This document shows, piece by piece, positions 1 to 13,199 of a DNA stretch of 64,000 bases (the first letter of the stretch is position 1; every line of letters starts with the position of its first letter). Location: positions 1,302,001-1,366,000 of the forward strand of contig JAYWIR010000014.1 in NCBI GenBank assembly GCA_036172245.1, written 5' to 3'. This stretch comes from Raillietiella orientalis (Eukaryota). The translations under genes and the position numbers were made by a program. The notes under the pieces were generated by a model. It was not told the DNA's origin, ran no database searches, and was given only the letters and a program-made list of their open reading frames with translations.

Positions 1-544
1 ATCATTGGAGAATTCGTAATCGAGGACCTCAGCTCGAAGACTGCATCTGAGTGCGCTGAAGGAATCTTGCTCTCGCATAGGTGACAGCGAGCAGGAGGAG
101 TCAAGGAGGAGATTCGTGTGGAGACGGTAAACCTATGGTGCGCGGAAGCTTGCACATTCAGCAGGACTACTGTAAGAGTGATGATGCTACAAGCAGCCTT
201 CGGGACTGACCACAGAATGGATTCTCTGAGACAAACGATGCAGGTGCTTTCTCTTGTAAGAAATGGCAAGAAGAAGAACTATCGTATGCTGGTCGTGGTG
301 CATTCTCTCCTTTGCTTTACTTGGCGCTTTTAGAGATGGCATCTTGAGTGTTGTCAATGTGGGAACGAAGCCCCGTTTCGTTGCGAAGAAAATGGACAAA
401 TCACAGGTAGGTCAGTGACGAAAGAGGTTTGTACCCAGTCACGCTGGAACTTTATTAGAAAACAAATCACAAGAGTGAAGGGAGATATATCCTTTCAAGA
501 CACAAGAAACGCCCATACAAAATGTTAAACCCGGAAAACCACCG

Positions 545-2580
545 GCAAGCAGGCAGACTTCAAAAAAAAAGGGAACAGAGGGTGTGGACACAAAATAAAC
601 AAAAAGGTAAGGTGGGGACAAGGATCTTTGATTTCAAATGTTCCTCTTCTTCTAGAAGCGTCGCTTGACGATGGTGACTTTCTAACGACTTTTCTGGGCA
701 AATGAGGCCACCTTGCAGCTGCCTCCATGAAGTCGGCGGCTATGCCCGTGGCGTCTTTTCGCTGAGAACTTCCAACTTACGACGAGCCGTCACAATGGCA
801 CGAATGCAACATATTGTTGCGATCACAGGGCCTTTCTTCAGTCTGCCTTAGCTGAAGAAGCGTTGCAGGAGGTTGATGACAGTGTCCTGTGGGACGAGAA
901 GTGCCGAAGCAAGTCTCCGCCATAACTCCCGCAAGAACTGCAGTCCAGGAGTAGGTGCGGAAGCGATTCCATCGCTCCGCACCTGAGACAGTCTGCGGAG
1001 GCAACTCCCTTGAAAATCAGCTCTGATTGCACTGGAAGTCCCAGTGCAGGAATAGCAGAACATAGTGCTTCCATTGAAGTGAGAACACCGAGGTGTCCAT
1101 GCACTGGGAAGGGACCACAAGTTCATCGGGGGGTACACCAAGAAGCCACTCCACCGAAGGAGTGCCTTTGCCTGGGGACAAGGAGTGACAGCATCCACCA
1201 ACTCGCACGTTTTGCAGCTGCTCAGGAGTTTTTCCACTCCTGCAATGTTGCAGGAGAACTCCTACCTTGCCAGTTGGCTACTGTCGTTGTTTGCCCTGAG
1301 GGCAGACACCGCTGCGTCCAGGGGTGACACGGCTGCCCGAGACCAAAGCGACCAGTCCAGCAGAATAACTCCTAGCGGGTTGCGTAGCAGACCCTGTAGA
1401 GGTCGCAGTTGCTCTGGACGCACTTTCAAAATGGAAGTCCAGTGCTTCAGAGCTTCCTGCCGCCAGGCATTCCAGTTCGTGGCAGTGACGAAAGAGAGCG
1501 GTTGCACCAACACTACTCCACTTCCTTTGCCCGATCTCGCCTTCTGTGTCCCTTCATTTCCCTTCCAGAGGATTGAAACGTGTTTCCCTAAACTAAGGGA
1601 CCTGAAGGTGCAGGAAGGGAAGGAAGTGCTCCCGGGTGAGGACAGATATGCAGGTGTGCGCTCCTAGAAAAAAGTCAACTCTGCCTCTTCGCATTATGCA
1701 GTTCCTGGGAACGCCTAGGTGTCGGAAGGGCCACCATGAAACGAGAGAGAGCGGCTGCACTCGCTTCTGAAGGATCCGGTGAAGGGTCATTGGGCATAGG
1801 TAAGGTAGAAACAAACATATGAACTCCCTCAATCCGCTCAAACGGAAAGACAATTGGCTGGATGGAAGCCACCCCTGCCGTTCCAGAGGGAGCGATAAGA
1901 ATTCTGAGGAAGTCCCAAAGGGAGAAGTCAACAAGGTGGTATCTCGAGACGGGAGTGAAAGGCAGACGGAATATGGAAGTAGATCCCAAGAATCTTGGGA
2001 TTTCGAGCCTCTCGAGGATGAATTTGGATTCTTAAATCTGGACCAAAATCCCAGCCCCCTATCCTGCAGACGAGAATTAGGGAACGAGTGTCGACCAAGG
2101 TCGGAAGGCTGCTGTTCTTCTTTAGAGTATTCCCGCTATGTTCGAGAAATGCGTTTAAAATAGTTCCAGAGGGAAAAGGCAGCAAGTAGGTGGGAACATG
2201 CGGACAGTCAATGAAAGACTGCCCTACAATGCGAGCAAAATCAAGAAAAACGAAAAGACCAAACGAAAGACCAAGATTTCATCCAGGATGAGGGAATTTT
2301 TCTTAGAAACAGCCCAAAGATTTCGTGCCAGAAATCCTATAGAAAGGGAGGACTGTTTTCCCAGGAGGATGTTGCCGAAATCCAGAAACTCATGAAAGAC
2401 AATAGAGCACCATCTGGAACTGGCATTTTTGAGAGCCTCAACCTCAACGAGAGAAAACTCACTGATTCTCTTCAACGCTTGCGATCATACTGGGCGAGGC
2501 ACAAAAGCTTTTCCCACTCTGAAGAAAACGTGAAACGTGTCTGGTATCCTAGAGACAGCAAGGACTTTCCAAGCATTTGA
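545..2580 (-). mobile_element. Decayed L1/Tx1-like non-LTR retrotransposon, 3' half of ORF2 (RT to zinc knuckle) and T-rich 3' tail
   Basis: Minus-strand fragments appear in the expected order across frameshifts: RISEFSLVEVE (near the QG region), NPKILGIYF (RT thumb 'KILG' motif, ~2000), then CLRCGAMESLPHLLLDC (zf-RVT, ~940-1000). A T-rich tail follows on the minus strand at ~560-610. Confidence 0.75.
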
Positions 2581-3779
2581 ACGCGTTTAAGAGAGCACCA
2601 CCACGAGAGCACTGATGTTGAATTCTAACTCCAAGAGTCCTTTGCCTACAAATGTGCCCTGATCATTTTGGAATGTTGCATCACATGTGATGATGTCACA
2701 TGTATTGTGAACCTTTGCTTCCTGATGCTGTGAAACACTAGATAGTTATTTTTCCTTCCTGTGGACTACTGCTCTCTTCCTGTTGCTACGTTTCCAGAAA
2801 GCTTTACTTTCTCCAATGTCATATTTCCATGTAATTTGTTTTCCGGATGTGAGCTGTAGAAGAAAATAATCATAAGCGATGTATAATTAGAAAAATGCAG
2901 CTGTCTGGAAGTTTAGATACTCTGAAACCACCAACATGATGTTCGAAAGCGTTTTGAAACATACCATAATAAATTATCTGTTCATCTAGTACCGTCTAGT
3001 CATGCAGAGCAATCTTCATCAGTATCACTAACAATAAATAGTTTGTTAGCTGCATTATTTGAAATTCTATATTTTTAGGATGCAAGTTTTCGAAACCTTC
3101 AGAGTCTTCTGCAAAAACAGACGGACAAATTAAAGGTAATTATTTTTTATCCAGTGGTCTAAATTCTAAATAAGAAATCATGCTCGCTAGAGTGTGTGTG
3201 CGATAACATCACATCCACTTCCATGGTAAACCTCTCTGAAGTGACACAAGTTGCAGTGATCTGCTAAAGACACAACTGAAAATTTGCACAGCACAGAATA
3301 AGCAAACAAGATGCTTAGATGGTTTCCGCGAACAACCAACTCGGTTGCGAGTTGCTACTCGAGTGTGAGGCAGAGTCATCCTGAGTATCCTCATAGTGCA
3401 CGTAAGCCTTCCAAGAAGACATAGGAATCCTTTCGAGATTAAACAAAAAGTCTCTTACCAAGAAGCATAATGAAAGTTTCGTTTTTATCAGATTTTTTTT
3501 TATTGAATGTTGATTATGTAGCTAAGTATTTGATGAGCTGATAGAGGCTAACCAACTACCTTTCCATCTAATATATCACGAATATCACCACTTCTTTCGT
3601 GGTGAACCGTTTAAAGACAGAAATGTGGAATTCTCAAGGAAGAATGAATCTTTTCGACTTGAAAGCAGTGTATTCTCTATCCTACAAAGTGTCTTCTGAA
3701 GGTTAGAGAGGTGGAGGTAAGATGAAATATTAGGAGGATGTTGTCTAAGGAGAATAATGAAGAATGAATCTTCATGGCT

Positions 3780-4075
3780 AAGAGATGAATTGGGAAAGAG
3801 TGACAATCTTGAAATAAAGAAAAAGTCACCCAAGGGAAAACAGCGTAATTTTCACGAAAAGTTCTGATTGATGTGAGAGTTTGCGACCTCGATGTTGAAT
3901 TAGGTATCCATAAGGTGCAGAAGATTTATGTTAGCAGTCAGTCTGTTCGGCTAAAGATCTACATGATTTGGGTTTAGATGGACGTAAGCCAGATTGGTTT
4001 CTACTTTTAAATGATGATAGCCTTTTTTAGTACGAAAGGATTGGAGAGAAGGAAAAAAATTATTTATGGGAAATG
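3780..4075 (+). pseudogene. rrnL: NUMT: decayed 3' portion of mitochondrial large-subunit (16S) rRNA
   Basis: Conserved metazoan 16S blocks occur in order: aagtcacccaagggaaaacagcgtaat, gtttgcgacctcgatgttgaatta, gtctgttcg, acatgatttgggtttaga, gtaagccagattggtttcta, tagtacgaaagga (ends 4040). Several substitutions fall in normally invariant positions. The left edge is uncertain. Confidence 0.9.
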
Positions 4076-4082
4076 AAAAAAT

Positions 4083-4260
4083 GTGTTAATGGTGATTCAA
4101 GGAGCCTCTGAGGTAGTAATTGTGCTGTTGAGTGTGGTTTATGTAACTTTGTTTGAACGTAAGGTTTCAAGGGAAGTTGAGTGGCGAGAGGGGCGGAATA
4201 AGTTCCAGGAGATTTCTCCTGGAACAGCTGATGATGTTAGGGTTCCCAGTAAATTCAGTA
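4083..4260 (+). pseudogene. nad1: NUMT: decayed 5' fragment of NADH dehydrogenase subunit 1
   Basis: VLLSVVYVTLFERKVSREVEWREGRNK...TADDVR matches the ND1 N-terminus (VAFxTLLERKxLGYxQxRKGPNK...xADxxK). It lies immediately after the 16S fragment on the same strand, is truncated and has degraded conserved residues. Confidence 0.85.
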
Positions 4261-5999
4261 ACTCTGATCAATGCTAAATTAAAATGAAAAAAACAACTGT
4301 CACTGCTGCAAGCTAAGATCTTCTGGATTCATTCCATGCAACATTAATGCATGTTTTTTGCTTTACAAGAAATGCATTAGTAATCGCCATGTTTCTTATC
4401 CTCATAGCTTATTTAATTACTAGACAAATAGCTTGGATAAAAACGGAAGAAATTTAAATTTTTTGTAAGATAAGATTCACTTGTTATCCTTTGTGGTTTC
4501 TGACAAATCAAACCATTTCCCAGTAGCATGATCAGAGAGTGCTTCCTGAAGCACTTAACTCTCTAGAGATCTCTTTAGAGATGCCGATGTACTATAGTTC
4601 TGGAAATTCAGCGCAAAGTACTTCGGCAACAATCTCGATGATGCCTTCCTGAATCAGCGAATCTCCACCTTAAAGACAAGTAGACTGTCTGAAACAAGCC
4701 ACATGCCTTTAAGATGACGTCCTAGAAGTGCTGTGATGCCGAAGATAGATCTTGCTGAAATCCTGAAGAAAAGTGTTTTTTTTTTTATGAGCCTCGCTAG
4801 GCTATAGATCTTTTGCTGCCCCTTATGTACAACTTGTTTTTTTGCTGATTGAGCGCGAAAAGGCATATAGACAGCAAAGAGTTGTAGAAATTGATGCACT
4901 AGATTGGGGGTATTAGTTCTGCCAGAGATCACTTCCACAGGAGGAGTTTTGGGTTTCGTTTACTTAAAGCTCCTGTCTTCCTAAAGGTTCCCAGTCTTAG
5001 AAATCACTTCAAGACTTGGTTTTGCTAAACGAAATGATTTTGAAGTACGTATGCTGTAAGATGAAAGGGCTTTCGCAATGTTTCCAAGGATACTGACATT
5101 TTGCTACCTGCCACCATCAATGCTGTCTTGCATGTAGTTGAATCGATGCCGATTTTTTGGATGTATCCCGTGCAAAGTCGCGCTTTACATGAAGCGCCTT
5201 AGTCCTAATTGTGATGATTTTATTAAGTCTCAAAGACAAAATAAGTCAAAACTAACTGAGTCTGGTTCCTTCCTTTATACAAAGAAATTGCAAGTGGTTA
5301 GAGTTCTGAGCAAGGTCTTTGTGTGTCCACTCTCAGAACACTCTCTTGAAGTTCAAGGAAAGCCTTCGAAAGTAACTTATTCAGTGCGTTCATAAGAAGC
5401 AGGTGATCTTCAAAACTGGAATCATTTGCCTGACCAAATCGCAAACTGAAAGCTGCCATGAAGTCTTTGGGTTCCACCATCGTTCCTAAGGAAGCTAAAT
5501 AATCTGTGCTCCAATTCCCACTTGTACACGACGCTTATCCCTAATGCTCGACTTTAGGTTTTCCAAATATATTGAGTGTTTGTTTAAGAACCATATTTCT
5601 TTTATAGAACACGAATGGACACTAACGCATTCAGCAAATGGACTCCCCACATCAGATTACACAAACAGAAAACAAGTGGCTGGGAACAGCTGAGCACCCA
5701 AGTCCAGATGTAGACGCAGTTGAGTTTATTACTTTGGGAACTGACATTCGACTGTAAATTTTACTACGTATGTCCAACCTAAACAACGATCAATGTAGTC
5801 TAGATTGATGTACAATACAGATTTATCTTTGCTTCTTATTTGAGTTTTTTTTTTTTTTTTGGGGGGGGGAGGTTCCACCTACAATGAATGTACACCCAGC
5901 GCTGGGGTGCTTAAGCACTACACTGGGAGATTCTTTTGCGTTGTACGCAGATCGGGGCGCAATCTATAGACAGAGACCTCTGTCACAAAGATTGCTGCT

Positions 6000-6350
6000 A
6001 GAATCCTCGTTCTTCAGCATCACCATCCTGAGATGCGTGCTTTAAAATGGAGAAGGAAATGTTTGTTCAATAGTTACGACTTCAGTGGTATGCTAGCGAA
6101 GACAAGGAACCTCAGCAGTGTCTGGAAGCTTTTATTTGTCAAAGAAAACTCATCAGTGAGCATGAGCAGATAGTGAAGTGTATCAGCACCAGCCATCACT
6201 CACCAGATCATTCATCATTGGATTTTCTCGAGTTGCTTGAGCAAAAACTCGAGTTCTTGAAACTTTCCGACTTCCAAGTCTTCTTTCGCAGCATGCAGAG
6301 GTGTTGAGGAGCTCAGGCAGCCATCGAATCCCGAGGGGCAATTTTAGTCT
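6000..6350 (+). mobile_element. Possible CR1/L2-like endonuclease remnant
   Basis: ISTSHHSPDHSSLDFLELLEQKLEFLKL weakly resembles the YRPP...DFLxxLE segment of LINE APE domains. Confidence 0.25.
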
Positions 6351-6749
6351 AGCAGCGTTTTCTTTCTCAAAAAGTAGCGAGAGAATGTGTCTTCATGGAA
6401 ATCAACTGAAACGTTTCAGAGGAATCATAAATATTATTGACTGCAGTTTCTTTAGAGTGCTGAAATCTACATGTGCCTTTGATTCAGATACGAAAAAACT
6501 CTACTGCAAGAAATATTCTGAAAGCAAAAATGGATTTGAAATTCTATTAGATGTCCACAGATGTTTTTTTCAGCAGAAGGAGAAATTTTGGAAAAGCACA
6601 GAGCACGTTCTGTGTTTTTCCACAAATCGGTAAAGACCATAGCAATCTAGAACAATTGACTATTAAATCTTGTCTTTGAGGTAGTTTCGAAGGTCATATG
6701 TTCTATCGCTACTAACATCACCAGCGTGAAGAGACTTCAGTGTCCTTGT

Positions 6750-7830
6750 TGATCAGTGGATTTCTTCCTAATCGGATGCGACTATCTGTGGTCCCTTTAT
6801 TGATCTGAATTGTAAGGATCTCGTGGGACCATTCATTGCGTGAACCGTATTGGGTGGTCGTTGATAGCTGCCTACAGACTAAACATATCAGTAAACTATA
6901 GAGGGTTGATCAATAGTAGGACACTTGTCAAGCTACTGGCAGTAGCGAGTAAGAGTCAGAAGAGGAACAAGAAAGCAAAACTGCATGTGAGCCACTATCA
7001 CTTTCCGAAATCGTTGAGGACATGCTCACATGCCCGTAGGTACGAAAAATTAATTTCTCTTCTGTGTTGCGGCAATTGCCAATGGTTCGAGTAATGTGAT
7101 TGAATCCGTACCGTCTCTTGTCTGATGGTATTTGCAAAACAGAAGAATGCAATACTGGAGCTTGCAAGAAACTCAGGTCTCAATTCCATAAAGTTTCAGC
7201 CCCCTTCATCCTCTGCTCACACGTGAATTCCTCTTCCGTGGAGTGCTTCGATACAGTTGTGTGTAGAAAAATCTGAAATTTCATCCCCTACTATAGAGAA
7301 GAAGGATGCCGAATCTCAGCCCACGAAAGAGAGAAACTTCGAGAAGTTTTTTGCGAAAGATTTTTCTAAGGTTTCATCTGACCTCATCTCGCTTACTGAT
7401 GTAGTTAAACTCGCCTCGAGAGTCCTCAGTCACAACTCGTTATGCTCTTGGTTTCGTCTTTGGCCGGACGCCTACAATGTCTACGTTGTTTTGCTTGTGT
7501 TTTTTATCTGTTGTTTTCTGATTCTTCCAGAATGTTTGAACTCATGCGCGGTGCTGCTCTGTGCGAAGAATTGTTCCATGTTTGCTCTTGACGTTCTTGC
7601 TGTTTCGTGCAGCAGCGATGCCCGTTTCATCATTGCAATAACATCTGTGGAAACACAGGGGTCAGCTTGCCGAATCAGCCCGATCAAACACACGTTTTCG
7701 ACCAAACTGAAGGATTCTAAAGACCTCGTCGTGTTTGTCTGTGGAAAGGGCAAATGGGCAACTGGTTATGCAGGCCCTCAGCTCAGTAACAAGAACGAAA
7801 TTATCAACTTCGTGTCAGTACAACGATGAT
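6750..7830 (-). mobile_element. Decayed CR1/L2-like LINE (linker to RT start)
   Basis: DPCVSTDVIAMMKRASLLHETAR resembles the PWxxxEI..R motif, KSFAKNFSKFLSFVG resembles AxxFNxxFSxVG, and FRTYGHVSMSSTISE resembles NYRPISLLSxxSK. Many stops. Confidence 0.5.
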
Positions 7831-7949
7831 CGCTGCCTGACGTCTGGAAGAAAAAACAGTAAAGAGTAACAGTGGGAAAGGACTCCTTTCTCAAACGGGT
7901 GGATGAATTGCACAAGATGAAAAATCAGTTGGAATTTGCATCAGCCAAG

Positions 7950-8550
7950 ACACATTCGGTGACGAACTGAATGGGGGATCAGTGGTGGAGATGCTGGCTG
8001 TGGATACCTGAGGGAACAGAACGATGAATCAGGAAAACTCAAATAAATTCCGTGGTGAAGAAGATCACGATGCAGCAGCGGTGGATCACATTCAGCGTTT
8101 TCTCGTTGCTTGAGAAAACGGAATCAGGTCGAACGTGGTGGGTATCGCCCTTGCACGTCGTTTCTCCCAGGAACTTTTCCCGATCCAGACTCGAGAGCAA
8201 GAACAACGCGACGCTTCAGCGACTTTCCTAGCAAAAGATCTCTGTGCTCTTCGTTCTCCTTGCATGCTGTGGAGATATCCCTACCGGTCCCCAAAATATT
8301 CCCGTTGGCGCTGTGCACAAGAATGCACGCACTTCACTCCCGAATCCCATCTTGCCGCTGATGGATTCTGAACATTCGTCTTCCATTCTGGTCCGGCAGC
8401 AGCAAAAGAACTTCCAATGTTTTTTGCTTGTGTGCTCTGCCACCCATGGTTTATCCCGCCTGCTTCGGCAGGGCAACTGACCATTCCATTCGAGAGTATG
8501 CGTGATCACTGCTCCGCCGAGAACTCTGCATCCTCTCACTTCTTTCCCTC
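7950..8550 (+). mobile_element. L1/Tx1-like endonuclease remnant
   Basis: QRDASATFLAKDLCALRSPCMLWRYPYRSPKYSRW ... RDHC resembles the L..DxWR..HP...YTW...SDH part of the APE domain. Confidence 0.45.
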
Positions 8551-10199
8551 CCTCTAAGATCTTCCGTTCTCAATGAAAGGATTTCAAACTAGACTCTCAT
8601 GAAAACGAGGACAGTTTTGGCGCACCATCACCACCATCCCTTTGGATCCGCATGATTCTTCAGTCGGCAGCTCGCTCAACAGCTCCTGAAGCTTTCGGTA
8701 GATTCGATTCGTCGTCTGGATGCGGGAGAAAGTTCCGGTGCTCACAGCTCGAGCCCTTGGTAACAGCGTGGGTAATTCGAGAAATCACGGTTCGAACCTC
8801 CAATGATGTCGCTCTCTCCGCTCCGAAAACGTCCTTCCCTCAAAACGCCAGCGCTGTTCGGTGGCGAGAAAGAAAGAAAGAAATGTTTCCTTTTATTTCA
8901 GCATTTTTCCTTAGAATATCTCGGATGCATTCATTCTCCTTCTTCCCCGCGTCCATCAATTTCAGCGACCGCAAAAACAAATAGCCATCTCTTATTCTTT
9001 TGTTCTCGCATCTGATGCTCTGCAGTGATTAATATTTTCATGAAGGTGAACGGAGCTCCTTCATGCGCTAGGAAGAATCTTTCGGCCTCCCTATGGTTCT
9101 ACGAAACTTGGGTTCCCTGCGCTGCGGGCAAACCTTAGTTTCGGGCCGGATCGGCTTTTCGAAGCCTGCGACGCACGCCTTTCGGGAGGAGTTGGTTCCC
9201 CTCCCTCCCCCATTCTTCTTACCCCTTTAGGAGAAAACCCACCTGCGTATCTCCCATGTTTTTCTCGTAGAGAGAAGATTTACTGAATCCCATCGCTTCC
9301 ACTCGCTTTCAGAGACTCCCGGGAGGGAAGAAGCTTCGTGAGATGTTATTCAGAGGAAGATGCAATGCAATGAAGGGAAAAATTCCATTTCGATCACTTC
9401 GGAAGAATAAAGAATAGAATAAAATAGAATAAAAATGCAGGATAAATTGGGAGTGCGCACTCGATGGAGGCTGAAAGGACCCGTAAGAGGAACTAGGGGG
9501 GCTTAATTTCGCCCTGCTGAGCCCCTGGTGCACGAGCGGGTCGCGCACACACATCCGAAAGTGAAAATGCGAAACTCACGTGTTTGCACTTGATTCCTCC
9601 GCACCTTCCCAGAAAGCATCTCAAAGCGGGAGGAGCCTCTGGAAGCGCAAGAGACGCTTGCGCTGTGGCTCCACAGGATCACCATCTGTGCAGCGGCATT
9701 CGGTCATGACTGTCGGCTCGTTTACAGCACCGTCCTGTCAGTGCTTGAGCAGCTCGTGACGCGCCATCATCAAATTGCGTTTTCTTCTGCATCTGATGAT
9801 CCTGCAAACGCGAAAATTGGGAACGAGAGCTCTGAGGAAGAACTGGCTCAAGAGCGCCATGCAGTCTGAGGACCGCGCAGCTCGGCAGCTCTCGTCCTCG
9901 CTCTGCGCAGGATCGAACGCAACACTCCCTTTCAGGAAGTGACTGTTTCGGGAAACTCGCAACTCCGTCTATCGGGGAATGCATCTATTTGTATCCTCAT
10001 GCCTTCATTCTTCCTTTGTCGAGATCTCAGAGTTCATTCTTTGCTCTTCGGCCACCTTGAACTCCATCTCAGGTTTGCATCGACCCGGAAGCTGTCCTGT
10101 TTTACCGATAGTGGGTGACATTTGCTAGCTCATATGACCTCGTTCGAAATTTTTTTTTCCTTCGTTTCTCAGCGTTTGTTGCTCTGGTCGGTGCGCACC

Positions 10200-11430
10200 A
10201 TCAACAGCCCTGACGTTCGTTCTCTTTGGTGACCTGCGAAAACAACTGACTATACGCGCGGTTTCCAAACGCGCCGAATTTCAGACCGGCTCCACTGGAG
10301 CACCGCCGCGAGCTGTGCGACTGACCACTGTGGAAACGGGAGAGGCAGTCGAACGCGGACCACCGACCCGGGTGCTATATCCCGCTGCTTGAACATCCCG
10401 GCGCGGCAGAAAAAATGCGCATGAAGCTTTTGCGCTCTTCCACGATGCTGAATCTGTTCTCCCGTTTTCCTTTCCCCGTTGAAGTGCTGACCGTTTGTCC
10501 ACCTACAGCACGCGCGCTTGCAGGAGGAGTCCTTGGGGTGGAGGCGTTCGCTGCGGCGGCGAGCCCTAATTCTTCCTTCTTCCCAGATACCTCCCAGAAT
10601 TCTCCTGAGGCGTGCGACGAGCCGGCTGTGCAAAAGAGTGCAGGGCAACGGGATAAAAGCAGCCCCCCTGATGGTTTCATGGACACGCTCCCTGGGCAGA
10701 CTTCAGAAGTTCTGGCGCGTGGTGCTACGTCAGGTATTGGGGAGAGGGAGGGTGTCTAAGGGTTTCCATGGAGAATCGTATGGAAAGACAAGTTCTCCTG
10801 GGCGTTGCTGCATGTGCTCCGCAGGAACGAGGCGCGCGCAATTCGAAAGTGCTGAAAACCCAGCCGAGCGCATAAGACGCAAACAGTCAGGCAGGCAGGA
10901 ATCTGCGCGGAGGTGACAAGGAGAAGACAGATGGGGGCATCTGCAAGATCCACTCAGGAAGGACCTCTTCTAGAGCCGGATGCTTCTGGAACTTACTTTC
11001 TCCGGCTCAGCTCGGAGCAGTCTGACAAGAAGCGGTCGGTCATCAGCATCCTCGAAGATTTCCACTTTCTTTTCTCTCGCGTGCTCTTGTCCTTTCAAAG
11101 GGATATCATCCGGGAATCAGCGGAGGTTGCGCGGACGTTTCTAGAGGGAAGGGAGCATGGCTGCCTTCTTCCCCGTCATCCGATCTTCCGAGGTGGTGAG
11201 TGCAGGCTCGAAGCTTACCACAAATCTGCAGCTGATTGCATCTGCCTTCGCCAATTCATCAAACGTTCGCAATTACATCTCCAAGGAGGCTGTTCCACGA
11301 AGCGCAACTTCCAATGGAGCCGTCAAGGATGCCAAGAAGGATTGCAATCGATTGGTCCCGAGCGACGCCCCCGATTTTCGAAATTGCTGAGGAAGTGCAG
11401 CTGGGCGCAATGAATCGTCTCGGATCACGG
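10200..11430 (+). mobile_element. L1/Tx1-like ORF2 remnant (linker to RT start)
   Basis: EGPLLEPDASGTYFLRL resembles GExxTxYFxRL. DWSRATPPIFEIAEEVQLGAMNRL resembles NWRPITLLNxDYKIxAxxLxxRL. Confidence 0.4.
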
Positions 11431-11666
11431 AACAACGCCGCTGCGCGTCGCCCGCGCTGTTTGCCGTCTTCCCCGTTCCCCACGGCGGCGCGCTCCCCGA
11501 CCTGTAAACAGGCAGAGAGGGGGGGAGGAGGAGGCGGGGGGGCGTTCCTCGTACGGGCGCGCGCGCGCAGTTCCGCTGCCACGGTGCGACAGCCTGGAGA
11601 GATGCCAACAAGTGTTTGCCGATCTCCGGGGACTGCTGCTTCCTCCTTTTCTCAGGTTCGCGGTCT

Positions 11667-11741
11667 TCCTCCTCCTCCTCCTCCTCCTACTCCTCCTTCT
11701 CCTCCTCCTCCTCCTCCGCCGCCGCCGCCGCCATCGCCGCC
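11667..11741 (+). repeat. Compound microsatellite (CCT)n followed by (GCC)n
   Basis: Read directly from the sequence. Confidence 0.95.
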
Positions 11742-12890
11742 GCGGAACGGGAGACCTTGCTCTCGATCCGCACGCGGCCACCGCTGCGGCGGCCGAGGAC
11801 ATTTCCGCGTTCTCGCGCTTCGTGATCCTGGAGAAGCCTCTCCCGCCCGCTTCTGCTCGGATACGGCTCGGCCCTCGGGCTCGGCCGGTGACGGCGGCGG
11901 CGGTTCTGGTCGGGACAGTGCCGCCGCCTCTCCCGTCCGAAGCTTCGTCACCCGAGCCACAGTGGCCCAGTCCCCTCCATCAGGAAGGGGGCTTCTACGG
12001 AAACTTTCGGAGCGCGTTCCTGAGAGGAAGATAACAACGGGAGGAAAAGAAAAAAATAAAATAAAAAAGGCGCGCGCGCGGGTTACAGGGAATCCATCTG
12101 AAGCGAACGAATCCGTCGCGGCAGATGAAGGAGACCCACCTTCTCTCCCTCCTCCGTCTTCCCTGGCAGGAAGATCGTGCCGAGAAACTGAACGGGAAGA
12201 AACGCGCCGCGGGAGCGTCCGACGCTTGGGCTGTCGCTGTTCCTCGCTCCGTGGTGGACAAATTGAGTGAGGGCAAACGAGGAGCAGTCCCAAATGCCCT
12301 GCAGCGATTCCTGCGTCTGAGTCTGCCTTTGCCGGTTTTTGGCGTCGTCCGGTGGAGCGGCGAGATGGCTGGCAGCTATCCCTTCAAAGCCGAGTAGCCA
12401 AAGGGACCGTTCGACCAAGGGGAAGAACAGGACAGTCCCGTGCCCCGCTCGCAACCTCTAAGGAGCCTACGGGCGTTCCGGGATCGTTCCTCATCCGGTG
12501 ACCTCAGAGACGACAGTGACTTGGTCGTTTCCCGACCTCAGAGAACTCCTCCTGCCACCCACTCGCGCCGCCACCAGGGAGGAACACCGACCCAAGGAGC
12601 GGGCATCCCTGGGCGTCCGTGGGAAGGAAAACCTCTGAGCCGATCCCTGCGTGGCTCGAGGCGCCGCTGCCGTCGCCTCTCACGGCCACGGAGCACCGCC
12701 AAGCGGCGGGCGTGGAGTGGATGTGGACCTCCTCCCGGAAGAGGGCCGTGAGCGCGTGCGCGTGTGCAGGGCCCAGCGGCGCGCGGGTTGCCGGGGGAAA
12801 CCTGATAGATGGAGTTCTGCGGTCGCGTCTTTCCTGTCACGGAACACCGGCTTATCGCATCCGGAACAAGCCGATGTGACGGAAGAGGTG

Positions 12891-12925
12891 GAAGAAAGGA
12901 GAAGAAGAAGAAGAAGAAGAAGGAG
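12891..12925 (+). repeat. (GAA)n microsatellite
   Basis: gaagaagaagaagaagaaga read directly from the sequence. Confidence 0.9.
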
Positions 12926-13199
12926 AGAAAGAAACAAAAGAAGCGGCACCGGGGAAAACCCTGCGCCGCGGTTCTTCTCGGATTACCCGCGGAGCGAGCT
13001 GCCGGCGGCACGGATTTTTTCCGCATCGGTGACTCTGGTCGGTTTTGCAAAAGCTGCGGATCTCGGCCGCGCGAGGTTTCCTTTCCGCTCTTCCTCCCCC
13101 CCCCCCTTCCCTCCCTCCCGCTCTCCGTGCGTGCGCACGTGCGTGCGTGCTCGCGGCATGCGCGTGCGCAGGAGAAAACTCCTCTGCACTTGGACTCCT

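Noticed and set aside
1..400. Possible plus-strand LINE 3' end (LLCFTWRF)
   Set aside because: A single weak motif at the window edge is insufficient to call.
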